A DNA stretch of 64,000 nt, from assembly GCA_021648745.1 (NCBI GenBank), contig JAKISE010000001.1, forward strand, positions 10,716 through 74,715. The letters are read 5' to 3'. The notes under the pieces are model-generated. The model did no database searches and was not told the DNA's origin. It worked only from the letters and a program-made list of their open reading frames with translations. Positions 1 to 6,430 of the stretch are shown here, in pieces; position 1 is the first letter of the stretch, and every line of letters begins with the position of its first letter. Position numbers and translations under genes: made by a program. This DNA is from Cyclobacteriaceae bacterium (GTDB lineage Bacteria; Bacteroidota; Bacteroidia; Cytophagales; Cyclobacteriaceae).

Positions 1-45
1 GATTTCAAAAGGATAAAATCTTATACGTGTAAAGGTATTAAAAAC
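1..45 (+). repeat. CRISPR-repeat-like sequence cut by the window edge (last repeat of an upstream array, or partner of a tracrRNA anti-repeat)
   Basis: nt 1-12 GATTTCAAAAGG are the exact reverse complement of 6090-6101. GGTATTA (34-40) is the complement of 6065-6071 after a 4-nt length difference. A T7 run follows at 62-68. Lies directly 5' of cas9. Confidence 0.4.
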
Positions 46-80
46 ATGATAGTTATTCTTATTTTTTTGATATTAATTCC

Positions 81-112
81 TATATTGTAGGTTTAAACGA
101 ACCTACAATATA
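81..112. repeat. Perfect 13-bp stem / 6-nt loop hairpin abutting the cas9 start codon (REP-like core TGTAGGTT...AACCTACA)
   Basis: tatattgtaggtt-taaacg-aacctacaatata. The last stem base is nt 112 and the cas9 ATG is 113-115. Confidence 0.7.
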
Positions 113-3100
113 ATGGCAAAAACATTAGGACTCGATTTAGGCACCAATAGCATTGGTTGGGCGTTGGTTGATGAGGCTAAAAACAAAATACTCGGCATTG
201 GCAGTAGAATTTTCCCTGAAGGAGTTGAGAATTTAGGAGAGGGAGAAGGAAGAGAAACTTCAAAAAATGCGAGTAGGACAGATGCTAGAGGGACGAGAAG
301 GCAATTTTTTAGAAGACGACTGAGAAAAAGATATTTGTTACGAGAGCTAGCCATAAATAATTTATGTCCAATACCTTTTGAAAAAGTTAAAATTTGGTCA
401 AATAATGAAATATTTAATGACGTGCTATTTAAAGAGTGGGTTCGGTTAAATCCATATCATCTAAGAGCTATGGCCATACATAACGAGATTTCTTTGTTTG
501 AGTTAGGTCGTATTTTTTATCACATAATACAACGAAGAGGCTTTTTGAGTAATAGCAGAAGTGCAGGAAGTGATGAAAAAGAAGATAGCATAATTTTTAA
601 AGGAAATGCTAAAATTGGGAAAACAGGTATTTCTGAAACACAAGAAAATATTGAAAATTATAAAACATTAGGTTCTTATTTGAATCATATACAGCCAAAA
701 GATTTAGAGCCTTTTAAGCAAAATTTAGAACGGATAAGAAATAGATATACCACTCGCCAAATGTATATTGATGAGTTTGAAATGATTTGGGAAAAGCAAA
801 AAACATTTCATAAAGAACTAACCGAAGAATTAAAGTCTTTATTAGGCGGAAGAAAAAAAGATGGGTACAATGATGATGGAATATTATTTCATCAGCGACC
901 ATTACGCTCTCAAAAACATTTGGTAGGTAATTGCACGTTTGAAACCAAAAAAACAAAATGCCAGTTAAGTGCTATTCCTTTTGAAGAATTTAGGGTTTAT
1001 CAGTGGGTAAATACAGTAGAGTGTAATGGTAAAAAACTACGTAAAGAAGAACGAGAAATTTTAGTTAAACAACTTTTTAGTAAAGAAAAAGTAAGGTTTA
1101 TGGCTTTGCGAAAAGCTATAAAAAAAGCAGACAATTTTTATCAATTCAATTATAAAGATGATGATAATATTGTTGGAACACATACCATAAGTCAACTATC
1201 AAATAAAAAATATTTTGGTGCCAATTGGTTTGAGTTTAACGAAAAAGAACAGGAAGATATTTGGCATATACTTTACTTTTTTGAAGATAAAGACAAGTTG
1301 GAAAAATATGCTAAAGAAAAATGGAGTTTTGATGAAGAAAAAGCTAAAAAAATATCCAATATTAATTTAAAGGATGGTTATTCAAATCTAAGCAGAAAAG
1401 CAATTAATAATATTTTGCCATTTTTAAAACAAGATTTTACGTATGATTTGGCAGTTGTACTTGGAGGAATAACAAATGCTTTTGGTGAAGATTGGGACTT
1501 GCTTGGTGACGATAAACGAAATTTAATTATAGACAACATTTATGATATTGTTAGAAACCGTAAGAAAGGCGGATTTATTGATACATTAAAAGAGTTCTTA
1601 AAAAAAGATTATGGGTTAACAGAAAAACAACTTAAAAAGCTCTATCATCATTCTGCAAGTATTGAAACAAATGAAATTTTAGACAAATTGCCATTAGGAA
1701 AGAATGCAGATAAAGAAATACAAAGCATTAGAAATCCTATTGTAATATCTGCTCTTTTTGAAATAAGAAAGTTGGTTAACGAAATTATTGATGATTACGG
1801 AAAACCTGACCAAATAAAAGTAGAGTTGGCACGTGATTTAAAAATTTCTAAAACCAAACGAAACGAAATTAGACGTGAACAGAAAAGATTAGAAGGAGAA
1901 AATGATAGGGTAAAAGCAGAACTAGATTACATTGGACAGAGATATACACATGATAATATTTTAAAATATAAATTGTGGGAGGAGTGTAATAAAACTTGTC
2001 CTTATACAGGAAAACAAATTGAAGTTTCACAACTCTTTTCGGGTAAAGTTCAAATTGAACATATTATGCCTTGGAGTAGGTCGTTAAACGATAGTTTTAT
2101 GAATAAAACCTTATGCTTTGCCGATGAAAATAGAGCCAAAGGAGATTTAACACCTTATGAGTTTTACAGTAAACAAGGAGAAGAAAAATGGAAAAAAATA
2201 AAAACACAAGCATTAAGTAGTTTTAAAAATAAAAAAGGTTACCCAAATGCTTATCAAAAGTTTAAGCAGTTTGTTAAGCAAAAGCACGATGATGATTTTA
2301 TTAGCCGACAGCTAAACGATACCCGTTACATTAGTAAAGAAGCTAAAAATTATTTAAGCAAAATATGTAATAGTGTACAGGTGGCACCAGGGCAAATGAC
2401 TGCCAACCTCCGTCAAAAATGGGGTTTAAACTCAATTTTGAACGATGAAAATACTAAAAGTAGAGATGACCACAGGCATCACGCAGTTGATGCATTGGTA
2501 ATGGCCTGTTCTACCCAGAGTCATTTACAAGAATTGAGCAAATGGAACCGTTACAACAGAACATCTGATTTAAAAGATTTTTCAATGCCTTGGAATAACT
2601 TTAGGCAAGATGCCGAAAAAGCCATTAATCAAATTTTGGTGTCACATAAAAAAAGCCATAATATTTTAACTGTCAGAAACTCTAAAACTAAAAAAGGTGG
2701 AGTTGAATATAGTAATATTGGAGTAGCGGCTAGGGGACAATTACATAAAGAAACTGTTTTTGGGAAACGACAATCTCCTAATAGCGAAGAAGCTTATCAT
2801 GTAAGAAAACCAATAGAAAGTTTAACTACCAACAAACAGGTTGATAAAGTAGTTGACCCGATTATTCGCAAATTAGTACTGAATAGAATAGAAGAGCTAG
2901 GTGGTTTTGAAAATGAGAAAAACATACCGAAAGAAACCTTTTATGTAGTTGATGAAAATGGAATGGCTCAGCCTCAAATATTTTTACCTAATAAAAATGG
3001 AGAGCCAGTGCCAGTTAAAAAAGTACGGTTAAAAGAAAATATTGGAGGTGCAGAAAAATTGAAAGAGATTAACCAATATGTGAATCCTAGAAATAATCAT

Positions 3101-3517
3101 CACGTACTAATTTACAAAAACGAAAAAGGCGAATTAAAAGAAGATATTATTACCTTTTGGACAGCAGTTGAACGTAAAAAACAAAAACAACCCGTTGTAC
3201 AGTTACCTCCTAAGGATAGAAACGGAGAAATTGTTACAACCCTACAAATTAACGATACATTTTTACTGGGGCTAGTTGATGATGAGATTGACTGGAATAA
3301 CCTTAATAAAACATTATTACAAAAACATTTGTATCGCGTGCAAAAATTTACATCTGGTGACTATTATTTCAGAAAACATTTAGAGAGCAAATTAGATGGT
3401 AAATTAGGAGAATCCTACGAATATATAAAAGGTTTTGGAGAAGGCAAAACAGGGTGGCTTACATTTAACCCAATAAAAGTTAAAATCACCCCAACAGGTA
3501 AAATTGAAAAAATGTAG
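113..3517 (+). CDS. cas9: Cas9 endonuclease, type II-C (1134 aa)
   Basis: RuvC-I LDLGTNSIGWALV (Asp8). Arg-rich bridge helix RRQFFRRRLRKRYLL. HNH QIEHIMPWSRSLNDSFMNKTLCFADENRAKGDLTPYEF (His650 at nt 2060-2062). RuvC-III HHAVDALV (aa 789-796). Followed by cas1-cas2 with no csn2 or cas4. Confidence 0.95.
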   Translation: MAKTLGLDLGTNSIGWALVDEAKNKILGIGSRIFPEGVENLGEGEGRETSKNASRTDARGTRRQFFRRRLRKRYLLRELAINNLCPIPFEKVKIWSNNEIFNDVLFKEWVRLNPYHLRAMAIHNEISLFELGRIFYHIIQRRGFLSNSRSAGSDEKEDSIIFKGNAKIGKTGISETQENIENYKTLGSYLNHIQPKDLEPFKQNLERIRNRYTTRQMYIDEFEMIWEKQKTFHKELTEELKSLLGGRKKDGYNDDGILFHQRPLRSQKHLVGNCTFETKKTKCQLSAIPFEEFRVYQWVNTVECNGKKLRKEEREILVKQLFSKEKVRFMALRKAIKKADNFYQFNYKDDDNIVGTHTISQLSNKKYFGANWFEFNEKEQEDIWHILYFFEDKDKLEKYAKEKWSFDEEKAKKISNINLKDGYSNLSRKAINNILPFLKQDFTYDLAVVLGGITNAFGEDWDLLGDDKRNLIIDNIYDIVRNRKKGGFIDTLKEFLKKDYGLTEKQLKKLYHHSASIETNEILDKLPLGKNADKEIQSIRNPIVISALFEIRKLVNEIIDDYGKPDQIKVELARDLKISKTKRNEIRREQKRLEGENDRVKAELDYIGQRYTHDNILKYKLWEECNKTCPYTGKQIEVSQLFSGKVQIEHIMPWSRSLNDSFMNKTLCFADENRAKGDLTPYEFYSKQGEEKWKKIKTQALSSFKNKKGYPNAYQKFKQFVKQKHDDDFISRQLNDTRYISKEAKNYLSKICNSVQVAPGQMTANLRQKWGLNSILNDENTKSRDDHRHHAVDALVMACSTQSHLQELSKWNRYNRTSDLKDFSMPWNNFRQDAEKAINQILVSHKKSHNILTVRNSKTKKGGVEYSNIGVAARGQLHKETVFGKRQSPNSEEAYHVRKPIESLTTNKQVDKVVDPIIRKLVLNRIEELGGFENEKNIPKETFYVVDENGMAQPQIFLPNKNGEPVPVKKVRLKENIGGAEKLKEINQYVNPRNNHHVLIYKNEKGELKEDIITFWTAVERKKQKQPVVQLPPKDRNGEIVTTLQINDTFLLGLVDDEIDWNNLNKTLLQKHLYRVQKFTSGDYYFRKHLESKLDGKLGESYEYIKGFGEGKTGWLTFNPIKVKITPTGKIEKM

Positions 3518-3532
3518 TAATAACTATTAAAT

Positions 3533-3565
3533 ACACCTGTCAGGTTTTTAAAACCTGACAGGTGT
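3533..3565. repeat. REP-like perfect palindrome (16-bp arms); probable cas9 terminator and 5' REP of the RAYT module
   Basis: acacctgtcaggtttt-t-aaaacctgacaggtgt, 16 nt after the cas9 stop codon. Confidence 0.75.
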
Positions 3566-3786
3566 ACAACGCACAAAAAATGGACGTAAACACGTACTAT
3601 CATATTTACAACCGAGCCAACGGCAACGAAAACTTGTTTCGCAGCGATGAAAATTATGAATATTTTTTAAAGAAATGGGGAGAATACATATCGGATATTG
3701 CAGATACGTACGCCTATTGCTTAATGCCCAACCATTTTCATTTTTTGATAAAAACTAAAACTGAAATAGAATTAAAATACCTAACA

Positions 3787-3951
3787 ACCTGAGTTCGACC
3801 TAAGGAATGCTGCCAGAAAAGAAGATAGTAGGTGAAATTTCCCTAAACTTCCTCAAATTTCTTTGAATTAACTCGTTAGTCCTGCATAAATTTGAGTTGT
3901 TTACGAAATTTTCACTTAAAGCTGACAGTATTCCTTAGGTCGAACTCAGGT
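3787..3951 (+). mobile_element. MITE-1, subfamily A, internally deleted copy (165 bp)
   Basis: TIRs ACCTGAGTTCGACCTAAGGAAT...ATTCCTTAGGTCGAACTCAGGT. 5-bp TSD TAACA (3782-3786 and 3952-3956). Lacks 96 bp relative to copy 4344-4604; the deletion junction is at the short direct repeat GTGA. Confidence 0.85.
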
Positions 3952-3956
3952 TAACA

Positions 3957-3982
3957 GGTTTTGGAAACCTGTTAGGTATTTT
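3957..3982. repeat. REP-like hairpin inside the RAYT ORF (loop and right arm; most of the left arm, 3774-3786, is displaced by the MITE)
   Basis: After MITE excision: aaaatacctaacaggtt-ttgga-aacctgttaggtatttt, a 17-bp perfect stem. Confidence 0.7.
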
Positions 3983-4343
3983 AAAGCAGCCCTTTAGCAA
4001 TTTATTTAATGGCTATGCCAAAGCATTTAACAATATGTACGACCGAAAGGGCAGTTTATTTCAGAGGCCATTTAAACAAAAACCCATTGATTCAGAAACT
4101 TATCTAAAAGAGGTGATATTTTACATTCATCACAATCCGGTACATCATGGATTTACCGAGCGCATGGAAGATTGGCCTTACAGCAGTTTTCCAGCATTAT
4201 TAACAGATAAGTTGACCATGTTAAAAAGAAAGGCGGTGCAAGAACTACTTGGTGGCAAGGCAAATGCGAGAAAATTTCACGACTGCGCTATTAAAAATTT
4301 GGATAAGCTAGAAATGGAATTTACCTAATCAACAGACCTGACA

Positions 4344-4604
4344 ACCTGAGTTCGACCTAAGGAATGCTGCCAGAAAATAAGATAGTAGGTGAGATTTTGG
4401 AAATAAAAAGTGAAAAAATAATGGATTATTTTAAGATTTTTATTACTAAAAGATTGCCTGCTAGATATTTTCCCTTGGGCTTTAGTGAAATTTCCCTAAA
4501 CTTCCTCAAATTTATTTGAATTAACTCGTTAGTCCTACATAAATTTGAGTCGTTTATGAAATTTTCACTTAAAGCTGACAGTATTCCTTAGGTCGAACTC
4601 AGAT
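4344..4604 (+). mobile_element. MITE-1, subfamily A, full-length copy (261 bp)
   Basis: Same TIRs as 3787-3951. 5-bp TSD TGACA (4339-4343 and 4605-4609). Inserted into the left arm of a REP hairpin. No ORF. Confidence 0.85.
4515..4547 (+). promoter_or_regulatory. Candidate Bacteroidetes sigma-A promoter inside MITE-1A, facing cas1
   Basis: TTTG (4515-4518), 21-nt spacer, TAAATTTG (4540-4547). This matches the -33 TTTG / -7 TAnnTTTG consensus, about 95 nt upstream of the cas1 ATG. The same motif pair is present in copies 3787-3951 and 55003-55263 but absent from subfamily B. Confidence 0.35.
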
Positions 4605-4609
4605 TGACA

Positions 4610-4632
4610 GGTTTTTAAAACCTGTCAGGTCT
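4610..4632. repeat. REP-like hairpin 3' of RAYT (right part; left arm 4334-4343 split off by MITE-1A)
   Basis: Restored sequence agacctgacaggtttt-t-aaaacctgtcaggtct. Same family as 3533-3565 in the opposite arm order. Confidence 0.7.
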
Positions 4633-4642
4633 CAAAAAAACT

Positions 4643-5533
4643 ATGCTAAAACGAACCTTATTCTTTGGAAACCCTTACCACCTAAGCGTAAAAAACAAGC
4701 AATTAAAAGTTGTAGATAAAAATACAGACGAAGAAAAAACAATACCAATAGAAGATATTGGTTTTATTGTTTTTGAACACGCTCAAATTACATTTACTCA
4801 ATTTGTAATACAACTTTTGGCTGAAAATAATACGGCTGTTATTTTTTGCGATGCGAAATATCATCCTAGCTCTATGCTATTGCATTTAGATGCCCATAAT
4901 TTACAAGGGGAACAATTTAGGCATCAGGTACAAGCCTCAGAACCACTTAAAAAGCAATTATGGAAACAAACCATAATAGCAAAAATTAAAAACCAAGCAA
5001 ACCTGCTAGATTTAGTAGGTAGAGATGGGCAGGCTTTGCATTATATGGCCACACAAGTAAAAAGTGGCGATGTAGGAGGTATTGAGGCTAAAGCAGCTCG
5101 AAAATACTGGCAGCGATTGTTTCCCGTTGATTTTACCCGAAACCGCTATGGTAATGCCCCAAACCCTGCTTTAAATTATGGCTACGCTATTTTACGAGCT
5201 GCTACTGCAAGAGCATTAGCGGGTAGTGGGCTCCTAGCTACTTTGGGCATTCATCATCATAATAGGTATAATGCCTTTGCACTTGCCGATGATATTATGG
5301 AACCCTACAGACCTTATGTTGATTTAGTAGTAACAGATATGTTAGAAGAGGGGCTTGATACAGAAGTATTAAATAGCCCGGAAAAAGCATGGCTACTGGA
5401 TTTATTAACAATGGATGTTCGCATGAATAAAACAAAACGCCCTCTTATGGTGGCCTTAAGCCAAACCACTGCCTCTCTTGCTCGGTGTTTTAGTGGAGAA
5501 GCAAACAAAGTGAATTATCCTAGTTTAACATGA
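4643..5533 (+). CDS. cas1: CRISPR-associated endonuclease Cas1 (type II)
   Basis: 296 aa. NPALNYGYAILRAATARAL and HHHNRYNAFALADDIMEPYRPYVD Cas1 motifs. ATGA overlap with cas2. Confidence 0.95.
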   Translation: MLKRTLFFGNPYHLSVKNKQLKVVDKNTDEEKTIPIEDIGFIVFEHAQITFTQFVIQLLAENNTAVIFCDAKYHPSSMLLHLDAHNLQGEQFRHQVQASEPLKKQLWKQTIIAKIKNQANLLDLVGRDGQALHYMATQVKSGDVGGIEAKAARKYWQRLFPVDFTRNRYGNAPNPALNYGYAILRAATARALAGSGLLATLGIHHHNRYNAFALADDIMEPYRPYVDLVVTDMLEEGLDTEVLNSPEKAWLLDLLTMDVRMNKTKRPLMVALSQTTASLARCFSGEANKVNYPSLT

Positions 5534-5871
5534 TTTCTCATGCTCGTTTAAATGCATATCGTATTATGTGGTTATTTGTGCTTTTCGATTTACCAACTAA
5601 CACCAAAAAAGAACGTAGAAATGCCTCTCAATTTCGCAAAAATTTGCTAAAAGATGGGTTTACCATGATGCAATATAGTGTATATGTAAGGCATTGTGCT
5701 AGCCGCCAAAGCACGCAAGTGCATATAAAACGTATAAAATCTATGTTGCTAAGTGCCGGCAAAGTGAGCATTGTTCAAATTACGGACAAGCAATATGGGT
5801 TAATAGACAATTACTGGGGCAAAACAGGTAAACCTATTGAAAAGCCACCCAACCAATTAGAAATGTTTTAA
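5530..5871 (+). CDS. cas2: CRISPR-associated endoribonuclease Cas2
   Basis: 113 aa. N-terminal MWLFVLFDLPT beta-strand with the conserved Asp. Translationally coupled to cas1. Confidence 0.9.
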   Translation: MISHARLNAYRIMWLFVLFDLPTNTKKERRNASQFRKNLLKDGFTMMQYSVYVRHCASRQSTQVHIKRIKSMLLSAGKVSIVQITDKQYGLIDNYWGKTGKPIEKPPNQLEMF

Positions 5872-5884
5872 CCTACTATTCATA

Positions 5885-5966
5885 AAAACCTAACAGGTTT
5901 AAATTAGCCAGCATAGTGGGCATAAATTCACCTTCAAAACTTAATCAAGCAAAACCTGCTAGGTTT
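5885..5966. repeat. Two REP half-units (AAAACCTnnnAGGTTT) in direct orientation, 66 bp apart
   Basis: aaaacctaacaggttt at 5885-5900 and aaaacctgctaggttt at 5951-5966. Same core as the arms of the 3533-3565 palindrome. Confidence 0.5.
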
Positions 5967-5974
5967 CAAATCCT

Positions 5975-6022
5975 AAAAATGCTTTGAATAACTCTTAACA
6001 GTAGTTAAACAAAGCATTTTTT
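5975..6022. terminator. Bidirectional intrinsic terminator after cas2
   Basis: 12-bp perfect stem aaaaatgctttg / caaagcattttt (5975-5986 and 6010-6021) with a 23-nt loop. An A-tract lies 5' and a T6 run 3' (6017-6022). Confidence 0.55.
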
Positions 6023-6060
6023 ATAACGATATTTCCTTTTAAATTACTGATTATTAGAAG

Positions 6061-6111
6061 ATTGTAATACCAACTAATATCGTTAATTCCCTTTTGAAAT
6101 CAATCCACAAC
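6061..6111. repeat. Solitary type II-C repeat-like unit (minus-sense GTTGTGGATTGATTTCAAAAGGGAATTAACGATATTAGTTGGTATTACAAT), or the tracrRNA anti-repeat if read on the plus strand
   Basis: GTTGTG...ACAAT ends resemble the Neisseria II-C repeat. Imperfect complement of nt 1-45. Followed on the plus strand by a weak hairpin tgttt-gcttaatg-aaaca and a T7 run (6129-6135). I found no second copy or spacer-repeat periodicity in 5872-6430. Confidence 0.5.
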
Positions 6112-6430
6112 TTTGTTTGCTTAATGAAACATTTTTTTCCTATCTCCCATAATAAGAAATAAGCAAGGCCTTCTCAATTACATTGGTATTTAAGAATAGC
6201 GTGGTGCATTAGATTCAAGCTCCAGTTTAATGATACTTAATGCAAATACTTTAAAAATATTTTTAAAAACCATCCGCAGTAGACGTTTATATCTTCTAGA
6301 CCAAGTGATATAAATTTAATAAAATATAGTACTAAATCTATTTTTTTTTGATTAAGAAAAACAACCTTTAGACCTTATGGATTGAAAAAGTATTATTAAA
6401 TTTGACCTTAACCAAATCCCTTTTGTTAGC

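Larger units (their letters stand above)
3580..4328 (+). pseudogene. REP-associated tyrosine transposase (RAYT / IS200-like Y1 HUH), interrupted by a MITE
   Basis: N-terminal fragment: YHIYNRANG...LMPNHFHFLIKT (HUH motif). C-terminal fragment: FSNLFNGYAKAFN...YIHHNPVHHGF (catalytic Tyr motif). The fragments are in different frames. Removing 3787-3956 (165-bp MITE plus one 5-bp TSD, 170 bp) puts them in frame with no stop, giving a 192-aa ORF. ATG 3580 is preferred over the track's GTG 3562, which lies inside the hairpin. Confidence 0.85.

Noticed and set aside
103-354. Short ORFs from the six-frame track lying antisense to, or in alternative frames of, long well-supported genes. Examples: 103-354, 714-956, 3415-3603, 5314-5508, 6352-6810, 6820-7035, 7156-7356, 7396-7602, 8635-8943, 10430-10681, 11935-12159, 12051-12251, 14271-14528, 17734-18003, 19764-20135, 21447-21647, 24302-24532, 26240-26467, 26750-27142, 27934-28179, 35846-36184, 37186-37485, 40282-40539, 42731-43270, 44421-44630, 46658-46927, 47370-47639, 50895-51266, 56255-56485, 61847-62293, 63125-63722.
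   Set aside because: Each overlaps a longer ORF that has clear family motifs. Their products are low-complexity with no recognisable motif or signal, as expected for shadow ORFs in AT-rich DNA.
3562-3792. The track's GTG start at 3562 for the RAYT N-terminal fragment, and treating 3562-3792 and 4035-4328 as two independent small genes.
   Set aside because: The GTG lies inside the 3533-3565 palindrome. The two ORFs are halves of one Y1 transposase gene split by a MITE (HUH in one half, Tyr motif in the other), and they rejoin in frame after excision.
3787-3810. The MITE-1 TIR (GAGTTCGACC) as a tRNA T-arm remnant or tRNA-derived SINE.
   Set aside because: There is no complementary T-stem, acceptor or anticodon arm around it. 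The resemblance is limited to GTTCGA.
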